Of a DNA stretch of 64,000 nucleotides, positions 49,184 to 59,216 are shown piece after piece. Each line of letters begins with the position of its first letter. The stretch's first letter is position 1. The notes beneath the pieces were generated by a model that did not search any database, had not been told where the DNA came from, and was given only the letters and a program-made list of their open reading frames with translations. The position numbers and the translations under genes are program-made. The stretch comes from Selaginella moellendorffii (Eukaryota; Plantae; Lycopodiophyta): positions 1,267,370 through 1,331,369 of the forward strand of contig NW_003314285.1 in assembly GCF_000143415.4 (NCBI RefSeq). The letters run 5' to 3'.

Positions 49184-52081
49184 ATGGATCACATCAAATT
49201 ACTAGAATCATGCAAGGACCTTGCTGCTGTGAGACACGCCGAGTCTCGCATTCCCACCATCACGAGAGACTTGCACGTCTCAAACAAGCTCATCCAACTC
49301 TACGGCAGATATGGCGGCATCCGGGAGGCCCGGGCAACCTTCGACGCCCTGTACCGTACGGACTCTTTCTCGTGGAACGCTCTTCTCTCGGCCTATGCCC
49401 GCAATGCCCAGCTCGAGGAAGCCAGGCGCGTGTTTGATTCCATGCCCCAACGCAGCCTCATTTCGTGGACCACCATTGTGTCGGCATATACCACGGCTGG
49501 GTATCTGGAGCAAGCGCGTGCCGCGTTTGATTCCATGCCTGCTAGAGACAGGGTGACGTGGACGTGCATGATTTCTTCGTATGCTAGGAACGGTCACGTC
49601 GACGAGGCTAGGTGTATATTCCATGATATGCCAGAAAAGGATCTCGTCGCTTGGAATGCCATTCTTTCTGCAAATGCCCAAAACGGGCATTTGGAAGACT
49701 CACGGGATGTGTTTGAGGGCATGCCTCTCCGGGATCTTGTGTCTTGGAATGCGACGCTGGCTGCGCACGCACAAAATCGAGATCACGTTAGAGCCAAAGA
49801 GATTTTCTTTGATGAGATGCCGGAGTGGGATCTTGTTTCTTGGAACAGTGTCTTATCGGCACTGGCTCACGCTGGAGATCTTACGAACTCGAAATGGGTG
49901 TTTGATTCAATGCCTGAGAGAGATATCGTTTCCTGGAATACAATTCTCTCTGGGATGAGCAGTCAGAAAGGACTGCTAGACCAAACCAAACATGTCTTTG
50001 ACAACATGCCACAACGAGCTATTGTGTCTTGGAACTCGATGCTGGCTACGTGTGCCCAGCATGGCAGGGTCGAAGAAATGAAAAGCATCTTTGATGAGAT
50101 GCCACAGCAGGATCAAGGATCGTGGAACACACTGCTAATTGGTTATGCCCAGAATGGGCATATGCCTGAAGCGCAGAAAATTCTTCACTGCCTTATACCT
50201 CAACGAAATCTTGTGACATGGAACGTCGTTTTAAATGGATTTGTTCAAGCTGGAAGTTTAGTTGATGCAGAGAAAACTTTCCAAGCAATGAAATTCCTTG
50301 ATAATATCTCTTTTAATGCTATACTAACAGCATATATCGAAGCTGGGCATATAGAAAATGCCGAGCTTGTCTTTTCTTCCATGCCTGAGAAAGAACTAAT
50401 TTCTTGGAGTATCATGCTATCTGGTTATGCTGAACATGGGTATTTGGAGAAAGCTAAATCAGTTTTCTTGAAGATGCCTGAGTGGAATGTTGTGTCGTGG
50501 AATTCTATAATGTCTGCATTTGCGAGGCATGGGCATTTAGACGAGGCCGAGAGAGTTTTCAACGAGATGCCAGAGAGAGATTTGGTATCCTGGAATACGA
50601 TGCTAGCTCCATATTCTCAAAACGGGAATATTACAGGAGCAAAGAAGTTGTTTGACGAGCTCCCAATGAGGGATTTGGTGTCTTGGAACGTAATGCTAAC
50701 TGCATATTCTCAAGATGGGCATATTTCGAAGACATTATGGGTGTTTAAAGAGATGCCAGAGATGAGCTTGGTGTCCTGGAATGCCCTTCTAGCTGCCTAC
50801 GCCCAGAATGCCGATCTTGAAAAGGCTAAAGAAATCTTTGCTGTGATGCCCGAGCACAATGTTGCGTCTTGGAACTCAATACTTTTGATATATGGGAACG
50901 CTTGTGAAGTCAAACAATCAAGAGAGACATTTGATGCCATGCCTCAGCACAACGTTGCGTCGTGGACTGCAATGCTTTCGATCTATGGCCAGAATGGGGA
51001 CCTTGAAAACGCAAGGAGTTGTTTTGGATGTATGCCTGACAAGGATCTGGTGGCATGGACTGCAATGCTGGTTGCCTTTACGCACAATGGGCATCTCCAA
51101 GACGCGCAGGAGATGTTTGATGCCATGCCATTCCAGAGTGTGGTCCCTTGTAATGCCATACTTGCAGCATATGCCCAAAGTGGGCATCTTATGAGAGCGA
51201 AAGCACTGTTTGATTCGATGGCTTTACACAACCCGGCATCTTGGAGTGCGATGCTGTCAGCATATTCCATTCACGGGCATATAGATGACTCAAAATCTTT
51301 GTTCATGGACATGCAGCAGAGGAATCTTGCCTCCTGGAGTGGAATGCTACAAGCTTATGCCGGCAAGGGACATCTGGAAGATGCCAAGTGTACTTTCGAT
51401 GCCATGCCTCAGCACAGCCTTGGCTCCTGGACGTCAATGCTGGGCGCGTATGCCCAAGGAGGATATGTTCTCGAGGCCAAACAGCTGTTCGATAAGATGC
51501 CATTGAAAGATTCCCTTGCCTGGCATGTTTTGCTGAGTGGATATGCCCAGAACGGGCATGTGGAGCTCGCACGACAAATGTTTGATTCTATCCCCGACCA
51601 AAACCTGGTTACATGGAGTGCTCTTTTGGCATCGTATGCGCACAATGGACACTCCAAGAAAGCTTTGGAAATATTTGCCATTATCAAAGCCGTGGAAGCT
51701 CCAAACGAGATTTGCTTTGTTTCGGTGCTCATTGCTTGCAGCCATGCCGGAAAGATGCCCCTGGGAAGGTCTTATTTTTTCTCAATGATCGTGGATTTTA
51801 ACCTGAAACCCACGAAACAACACTACACTTGCATGGTGGATTTGCTGAGTCGAGCTGGGCATCTGGCTGATACTGAAGAGCTTATTGCGACAATGCCCTT
51901 TGTTCCTGATGGGTTGGAGTGGACTTGCTTGATTAGAGCTTGTAAGTTAGAGGTCAACCTTGCCAGGGCTGCGAAATCTGTAATAGAACCTGATGAGAAA
52001 GATGGTTCAAGATACATTTTACTTGCAAATGCTTTTACGGGCGATCAAAAGCTTGATCAAAAGCAAAATTCTTTAAATTAA
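49184..52081 (+). CDS. PLS-class PPR protein with long run of ~31-aa repeats, E-type end, intronless
   Basis: 965-aa ORF of repeated FDxMPxxDLVSWNxxLxAYAQNGH; HYTCMVDLLSRAG; no DYW. Confidence 0.95.
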   Translation: MDHIKLLESCKDLAAVRHAESRIPTITRDLHVSNKLIQLYGRYGGIREARATFDALYRTDSFSWNALLSAYARNAQLEEARRVFDSMPQRSLISWTTIVSAYTTAGYLEQARAAFDSMPARDRVTWTCMISSYARNGHVDEARCIFHDMPEKDLVAWNAILSANAQNGHLEDSRDVFEGMPLRDLVSWNATLAAHAQNRDHVRAKEIFFDEMPEWDLVSWNSVLSALAHAGDLTNSKWVFDSMPERDIVSWNTILSGMSSQKGLLDQTKHVFDNMPQRAIVSWNSMLATCAQHGRVEEMKSIFDEMPQQDQGSWNTLLIGYAQNGHMPEAQKILHCLIPQRNLVTWNVVLNGFVQAGSLVDAEKTFQAMKFLDNISFNAILTAYIEAGHIENAELVFSSMPEKELISWSIMLSGYAEHGYLEKAKSVFLKMPEWNVVSWNSIMSAFARHGHLDEAERVFNEMPERDLVSWNTMLAPYSQNGNITGAKKLFDELPMRDLVSWNVMLTAYSQDGHISKTLWVFKEMPEMSLVSWNALLAAYAQNADLEKAKEIFAVMPEHNVASWNSILLIYGNACEVKQSRETFDAMPQHNVASWTAMLSIYGQNGDLENARSCFGCMPDKDLVAWTAMLVAFTHNGHLQDAQEMFDAMPFQSVVPCNAILAAYAQSGHLMRAKALFDSMALHNPASWSAMLSAYSIHGHIDDSKSLFMDMQQRNLASWSGMLQAYAGKGHLEDAKCTFDAMPQHSLGSWTSMLGAYAQGGYVLEAKQLFDKMPLKDSLAWHVLLSGYAQNGHVELARQMFDSIPDQNLVTWSALLASYAHNGHSKKALEIFAIIKAVEAPNEICFVSVLIACSHAGKMPLGRSYFFSMIVDFNLKPTKQHYTCMVDLLSRAGHLADTEELIATMPFVPDGLEWTCLIRACKLEVNLARAAKSVIEPDEKDGSRYILLANAFTGDQKLDQKQNSLN

Positions 52082-52389
52082 ATATTATTAGATAAATATT
52101 AATTGTAGCTAATGACAGTTCAGAATTGCTGCTGCTGTGCTTACAATCAAAAGCAGGTGCAAGCTCCTCGAATTCCAAAGTCCAATGTAGAGTGCATAGA
52201 TTGCTAGATCAAATACCAAGTTATATGTTGGGCTATAAAAATGAAAGCTCTAAAACCTCCTTTGGCAGAATTGTAAAATGTTTTATTTTCTTGTGTAGAC
52301 CTTTTCTTCCGGGGTCCTATGGATTAGCACGAGAGCATGATGAAATTATAATTCTTTGACAGATTTGCAAGAAATTCGATAAAAGCAAG

Positions 52390-52461
52390 GGATCCATGGC
52401 ACAACGGCAGTGCGTTTGACTCCAGATTAGAAGACTGCTTGTTCGAATCACGCCAGGTTCT
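52390..52461 (+). pseudogene. tRNA-Trp(CCA) pseudogene
   Basis: Copy of 53633-53704 with stem-breaking, mostly transition, changes. Confidence 0.85.
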
Positions 52462-53161
52462 GAAATTATGCTTTAGATTCTTGGAAGGTTGACAGTCAAG
52501 CATATTCGCATATATTCGTGTCTGAGTACAAACTTGGGTTCTAAAATATGCTTGATATTTCATGTCTGAGTGTTTCTAGAGTTTTAAGGGAAGAATCCCA
52601 GGTATGCCAGGCATAAAAGTTTCTAGAGTGAGAAAGGCATTTATATGAAGATTAGCTTTGGGAGGTACATATCTACATACGTTATTGATTTAAAAAGGTA
52701 TGAATAAAGTAAATAGATATAATGAAATATATTAGACTTAATTATCTACTGAATTAAAATTAGATATAAAAATATAATTAGTTATCTCTAATTACATTAA
52801 TATTTTTATTATTATTTATTTAGTATTAGAATAAAATAAATTTTATCTATTTTTATTAAGTTATTGGTGTTATTAGAAAATTTTATTATATTGTATAGAG
52901 GAGATATTGAATTATGAATCAGTATTTTATAAAAAATTTGTAATAAAATAATAAATTAGTATATTTTTACCCAATTAAATTTAGATGGGAAATATTTATA
53001 CTTATATTAAAAAAATCTATAGAGATATTATGCAATATTCTATTATATTTACAAATTTAATAAAATAAACTTGAAAGTCCAGTTTTGTAGCCATGAAACT
53101 TTCCATGAAACTGTCGCTGATGATATATATAATTTATAGTTTGATGAAGGGACGATACAAA

Positions 53162-53536
53162 ATGAATGTCTTGCTAGGACTTGGTTTGGGAGTTTTGGCA
53201 CTTACCGCATTCTTCTACCTCTGCAATAAGTTTCTTATGGCCAGGGACGCGAGATTGGAGGAAGATGCCAGGAGCATTTTGATGACAACTTCTCCTGCTG
53301 CTGCGTTCACAATCACAAGCCAGATGTTCAGATGGATGCAAGCTCCTGGAGATCCCAAGTCCGATCAGAGTGTTGTAGAGTGTGCAATTTGCTTGACAGA
53401 GCTGGAGGAGGCGATTGTGAGAGTGTTGCCCAGCTGCAACCATGTTTTCCACCGCAGCTGCATCGATCTGTGGCTCTCTTGCAACACCACGTGCCCAATC
53501 TGTAGGCGGGATTTGGTCGCAAACCATAGATCCTAA
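53162..53536 (+). CDS. ATL-type RING-H2 E3 ligase (alternative upstream ATG 53093)
   Basis: N-terminal TM helix; ECAICL..RVLPSCNHVFHRSCIDLWL..TCPICR. Confidence 0.88.
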   Translation: MNVLLGLGLGVLALTAFFYLCNKFLMARDARLEEDARSILMTTSPAAAFTITSQMFRWMQAPGDPKSDQSVVECAICLTELEEAIVRVLPSCNHVFHRSCIDLWLSCNTTCPICRRDLVANHRS

Positions 53537-53632
53537 AAGATGACTATTTCCGCGTATGTCCAGACAATATGGAAGCAAAGTCTAAGCTTTTATTTTCCTT
53601 AAACCTTGGGGAGATTTGTCAAGAAAGAAAAT

Positions 53633-53704
53633 GAATCCGTGGCGCAACGGTAGCGCGTCTGACTCCAGATCAGAAGGCTGCGTGTTCGAATCACGCCGGG
53701 TTCA
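53633..53704 (+). tRNA. tRNA-Trp(CCA)
   Basis: 72-nt cloverleaf, anticodon loop CTCCAGA. Confidence 0.95.
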
Positions 53705-53894
53705 CTAAACGTGCTTACCCTTTTGATCAAATAACATTCTTGATGGAAAAAATGCAGGAGTAGAAAAACCTTGCAAAGATTTGGAGATACCAAAGTCTGG
53801 TCCACCTTATTGATTCTATTGAAATTTTTTCCAGAGTTTGGTCGCCATTCTTCCTCGCTCCTCAAGCTCGATCGAGCTCGAGCACCAAAAGATC

Positions 53895-54071
53895 ATGGCG
53901 GGCACCAAAGCTCTGCGAGTTTCTAGAGTGAAGAAGGCCTTCATCTGGTACACTGTAACATTTGGAATGTATGAAGGCGAGATTTGGGAGGTCTGTCTCG
54001 CAAACATCGTGCTCGCTCTTGCGTTTCTCCCGCCCCTCTATCTCATCCACAAGCACGCCATTAGATTACTG
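53895..54071 (+). CDS. Small subunit of serine palmitoyltransferase (ssSPT)-like; 3' end unresolved
   Basis: KKAFIWYTVTFGMYEGEIWEVCLANIV matches ssSPT YxVTFGxYxxxxWExxLxN followed by TM helix. Confidence 0.65.
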
Positions 54072-54137
54072 GTAAGCGAGGTTATTAGGCCGTGGGACAA
54101 GGTGTTAGTGCTGTCGCTGGGAGCCCTAAGCGTTTGG

Positions 54138-56330
54138 ATGCTCGCGTTGGCAATGCCCACCAGGTTGATGCCGCCACCGCCATCGCCACCGCCACTGCAA
54201 AATTCGTGCGCTCTCAGCAGCAGCGCTAGCGCGTCTTTGATCTTCCCGGTGCGTCACAGCGTCGCGGGGCTTCGATTCGGCACGAGATTCAAGCATGCTT
54301 ATACTTCTCTCAGTTTTGCCGCGCTCGTCGCGTCGCGAGCTTCCATCCCTCGCTGGAATCGCTGCAATCGGGTCTTTGCCGCCTCGTTCCAAGGTGAGTT
54401 TGATGCATTTTTTCTTCCAGTTAGGCTGGAACTTCATTAGTTTGGAAATCGAGCTGGTAGGAAACTAAGTTCTTGTTGGAGTTGGTCGTTGTTTCTAGTT
54501 TTCTTTCCTGCTTGAGGTCCAGCTTTGATGCTAACTTGGTTGCTGCCTGAGAAACAATCTATAGTCTGTGTTTTTGTGTCGTGTTCTCGCTAGGAATTCT
54601 TTTTCTAGTTTCCTTTGATGCTAACTTGGTTGGCTTCTTTTTGCAGCGAAGGCTGTTGCAAATCCAGTGGAAGTCGAGAGTGGCTTCGATGAAATGGTCG
54701 CTGGCACCAAACGAAAATACTTCATGCTAGGTGGCAAAGGCGGCGTGGGAAAGACGAGCTTAGCTGCGTCTCTTGCTGTAAAATTCGCAAACAGTGGCCA
54801 CACTACACTCGTTGTGTCGACGGATCCCGCTCATTCACTTAGCGATTCCTTTGCACAGGTAATCCTCTTTTGTTCTTACTTGGTTGTTTTTCTCTTCGCT
54901 GCTAGAGAAAGTAGTTTGACGAAATTTTGCGACGTCTAGGACTTAAGTGGTGGCAAACTCGTTCCTGTTGAAGGCCCGGACAGTCCTTTATTCGCCTTGG
55001 AGGTCTGTAGTAGTTTCTCTTCCTCGCTCGAACCTTGATGCCGAAGTTATTTTTCGACAGATCAATCCTGAGCAAGCGAGATCGGAATTTCGTGCTGCTG
55101 CTCAGACAGGTAGTGGAACTGGCGTCAAAGACTTTATGGACAGCTTTGGCCTTGGTGGATGGGTAGAACAGGTAATGTATTTGCTGGTCAAGCAGAAACT
55201 GGCTCTCGACTTATATCTTCAGCATTTGCTTTGCAGATCAGCGAACTTAAGCTCGGAGAATTACTGGACACTCCTCCGCCTGGACTAGACGAAGCCATTG
55301 CCATATCAAAGGTTTGCTGTTTCGATTCCTATTTGGCGAGCGTTCTAGAACTCGTGACGCACAGGTCGTCCAATTTATGCAATCCCCGGAGTACGATCGT
55401 TTTACTCGCATTATCTTCGACACTGCACCCACTGTAAGCTATAAAACTCTCGGGTTCTTCTCTGGGCTGAGCGTTCGGTGTGTCTTGCCAGGGGCATACC
55501 TTGCGATTATTGTCGCTACCGGACTTTTTGGATGCATCAATTGGGAAACTCCTCAAGGTACAAGCTTTTATAGAAAGTTTTCCACGCGTAGCGTAATGTT
55601 CTTGGCACCGTAATGTTCTTCACCAGCTCAAGCAGAAGCTCGCTTCCGCCACCAATGCGATTAAATCGGTTTTCGGCCAAGGAGATGGATCAGACACGGC
55701 TGTAAGCATACAAACTTCTACTCGCTACTTGCTTTTGATTTTTCTTTCCATGGAGATAATTTGCTTTCTGTTACCTTGCAGACCAACAGACTAGAGCAAC
55801 TTAAAGAGAGGATGGTCATGGTCCGTGAGATTTTCCGAAATAAAGAAGCAACGGAGTTCGTCATTGTCACCATCCCAACGGTAAGACGATCTCAAAACCG
55901 CTACTATACTTTCCACAACTTTAAAATCGCTTGCAGGTGATGGCCGTAAGCGAGAGTTCCAGGCTCAAGCAATCCCTCGAGAAGGAAGGCGTTCCTGTGA
56001 AGAGATTGATTGTAAACCAGGTACTGGCTGCCTCACAATCGGACTGCAAATTCTGCTCCATGCGTCGAAAGGTAATCTGGTCTCCGAAGTTTTGTTTTTT
56101 TGTTTCTCTCTCTTTCCTGGTCAGCTTTTGTTCGGCTAGAGAAGCACACGAAACATTTAATGGCTTTATTTGTTTTGCTCTTTTTTTTCCAGGACCAGAG
56201 CCGAGCATTCGATATCATCAATAGCGACCAGAACCTCAAGGATCTCCAGCTTATTCAATCGCCACTGATGGATGTGGAAATTAGAGGCGTACCGGCGCTC
56301 AGGTTCGTGGGCGATACAGTCTGGCGATAA
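54138..56330 (+). CDS. GET3B: Organellar (plastid-type) GET3/ArsA ATPase, ~11 exons
   Basis: Transit-peptide-like exon 1; [48 protein letters not shown]. Confidence 0.9.
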
Positions 56331-56376
56331 GTGAAAGGTACAAGCATCTCTAAAACTCTTATCGCTGGTTCGCGTC

Positions 56377-56778
56377 TCAACAGGAAAAACCAACACCAAG
56401 AGCGAGAGAAAACGGAGGAGAGAACAAAGAAAGTGTACAGTGGCATGGAACTTTTAATAACTGGATCACTTGGTCCACGTACGTATCTTCTTTCATTCGT
56501 TTTTGATTCGTCTTCTCCACAGCGTCGTTGCTATTAACTCCTGGCTGATCTGCTGGATCTTTCGTGTTCCGTTCTCTTCCGAGTCCTCGAATTCTTTCCA
56601 CTGCGATCGCTCTTTCTTTTTTCTTTTTTTGCTTATCTTTCGTCAATGTCTTCACTTTTTTTTTGGAATCAGGATTCTTAAAGCTTTTTTTGCTGCGTTT
56701 TATAACCTGGGAGATTTGACCAAGGCTCCCCGCCTTTTTATCCCAGTTCGCCTCCTCATTGCGGGATGATCTCAGCAC
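56377..56778 (-). CDS. Possible Lys-rich hypothetical protein
   Basis: 133-aa open frame, charged composition, no ATG start or family seen. Confidence 0.25.
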   Translation of the reverse strand: MLRSSRNEEANWDKKAGSLGQISQVIKRSKKSFKNPDSKKKVKTLTKDKQKKKKERAIAVERIRGLGRERNTKDPADQPGVNSNDAVEKTNQKRMKEDTYVDQVIQLLKVPCHCTLSLFSPPFSLALGVGFSC

Positions 56779-57536
56779 AAAACTTTGGAGCGCGAGATCA
56801 TTGGGATGAATGAAATAGCTATCTTTCTAGAGACCAGCACTGCTAGCGCTACTATATGCAAAAATTTGTAAAAACTAGGCAGTGTGGCGTAGCGTAGCTA
56901 GCCCTGGGACGAAAGAGATCACTCTTTCACTTTCATGGCATTCTCCCTCAGACTTTCCCCAAAATTCTCCACACACACGAAAGCTGCTGCTACAAACTGC
57001 TCTTGGCTTGTCTCCCTTGTTTTATCAAAATATCATAGCTTCAACAATAGCATGGAATGGAAGCTCCAAAACCTCGGCCAACTTGTCATACCCATATAAT
57101 GTAACCATCAATCAATCAAGCAATCAGTCAATCACAGGCTAAGAGAGCAAGGTTTGATTTGATTCTCATGTGGAAAACACTATAGTTTCTTAAGCAGAAA
57201 GTATAAAAATCGAGATACATTGTCCCCGAATTGTCCCATGGGTGGCAAACAAATCACAAACGCTAGAATGGCATCAACTCCTCCAGGCAAGAAAAGAAAT
57301 TTCTTGGTGATGACCAAGTTTCAAACATATTTAATAATCTCGCTTATCAGCCAAACCGCATTTAACTACCATTAAGCAGGATTTATCGCAAGTCCACTGT
57401 CCACGCGCGGTTGCGAATGAAAAAAGAGAAATCTACCGAGCGGCATGACGTGGAGAACGTCACACCGCACGATCCAACGCTAACGAACGGTGGGTAGGAC
57501 GTCCACTGTGACGTCCGCCGACTGACGGCCGTCACG

Positions 57537-57549
57537 TTTTGGCGGGAAG
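57537..57549. promoter_or_regulatory. Overlapping E2F sites upstream of KRP
   Basis: TTTTGGCGGGAA contains TTTGGCGG and reverse TTCCCGCC; several ACGT cores at 57445-57540. Confidence 0.5.
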
Positions 57550-58094
57550 AAGGGCGGCTCGACGCTAAGGCCGTTGCGCCGTCTTGTCCCCCGGTCGGTG
57601 TACACAGCGGACACGCGGATATTCCGTGCCGTCTCGGGCATATTCTGCCGGCGTGCTAGAAAACGCCGTTTAAGCGACGAGGCGAGGGGCCTTTTGTTCT
57701 TCGGTCAGAAATCTCCATTTGTTTATCTCCTTTACTTTCCTGCCAAGAGCTCTAGCGCCACTGCGCTGCGTGGGTCGTCTTCTTCTTCTTCTTCCTCCAG
57801 AATTTTTTTTTCCCTCCTCCACTTATCTTCGATCGATCGCTGGGAGAAGGCGAGTAGCAGCGCAGCAGCGGTGGCAGTCGACCACATTTGATTCTCTGCC
57901 GCGCGCGCCCTCTAGAGCGAGATGGGCGCTCTGTTCTTCGAGGTGAGCAGGATTTCTTCGCTTGTCCGGTGACGATCAGCCAAGTGGGTCGCCGCGCCGG
58001 GCATCGCTCCGGGATTCTTGAGCGACCCATCTCGAGAATTCGTGGGCAGGGAATTCGTCTCTGTGGGTTTTAGCGGGGGTTTTTTTGGCGGCCC

Positions 58095-59216
58095 ATGGGG
58101 AGATACATGAGGAAGAACAAGGTGACCATGGAGGTGTCCCAATCGCTGGGCGTGAGGACCCGCGCAAGAACGCTGGCGATGGCGCAGCAGCAAGCGGCGA
58201 GCAGGAAGAATTTGTCCCAAGAGCAGCAGCAGGTCAATGTGCTCAACTTCTGCTACCTGGAGCTGCGCAGCCGCAAGCTCGAGAAGCTGTTTGATGGCGG
58301 TGGCGGCGCGAGCAAGCATCACAGCTCCTCCGCCAGGCCTCCCAAGACGCAGCAGCGCCGCGTGAGGAGCTCCGACGCGATCGGAGTCGTCTCGGTTGGA
58401 GCGGCGCCGCTATCGCGCAGCAATTCCTTCACCTCCTCCAAGCAGCCTCCTCCCGCGCCTCCGTCACTCAAAAACGATGAGCTCGACGCTGTCAACCATG
58501 TCGACTCGAGAACTTCTGGACAAGTAAGCCCCATAGCTCTTGGCGAGAACTTCCAGGTTCTAAAGCTTTGCTCCTCGCAGTTGGAAGGTTCGTGTGGAGA
58601 CAATGCCTTTGACCACGACGGACTCTCGTCTAGAGACAGGTATGTTTCGATCGTTCTGCCATGGCCAGCTCTATCCTTCTCATGGGTTCAACAGCCATCC
58701 ACCTCTTCTTCCAGTTTCAGTCCATCCTGTGATAGCTTAGCTTCTTTGATCATCTATCTTCCAGCGATGGTTTTAAGAACTTCTACTCATCGTCTTTCGT
58801 GCTTGCGTTCCAGTTTTGGACCCGACCATCATCGCCGGCTCCGCGAGAGCACTCCCGTTTGCACAGACCAGGAGCTCCATCGACGCATAGCCGACGCTCC
58901 AGGATCATCTTCCAAAGTCCGGGTGACCAACAGGACGTCTTCCAATCCTCCCGAGGAATCGTCCCGGCCTTTCGACGCGCCCACGCCCGAGGAGATCGAG
59001 GAGTTCTTCGCGGCCGGAGAGCAAGAGCCCGACGAGGAAAAGAAGAGATTATCTGACAGGTCCGTGCGGTGCTCCATATCTTTCTCTTTGTCTCTCAGCC
59101 AGTGAGTTCGTCTAAAAGTTCGTTCTCTTTGCTCTTTTTCGTGTAGATACAACTATGACTTTGCCAACGATTGTCCACTCCCCGGTCGGTTCGAGTGGAC
59201 TTCCGCAAGTTCTTGA
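58095..59216 (+). CDS. KRP: Cyclin-dependent kinase inhibitor (KRP/ICK)
   Basis: MGRYMRK, GVRTRAR, YLELRSRKL, EIEEFF, and spliced last exon YNYDFANDCPLPGRFEW. Confidence 0.93.

Noticed and set aside
52560-53080. AT-rich tract checked for another Hog copy or MITE
   Set aside because: No Hint motifs or terminal repeats recognised
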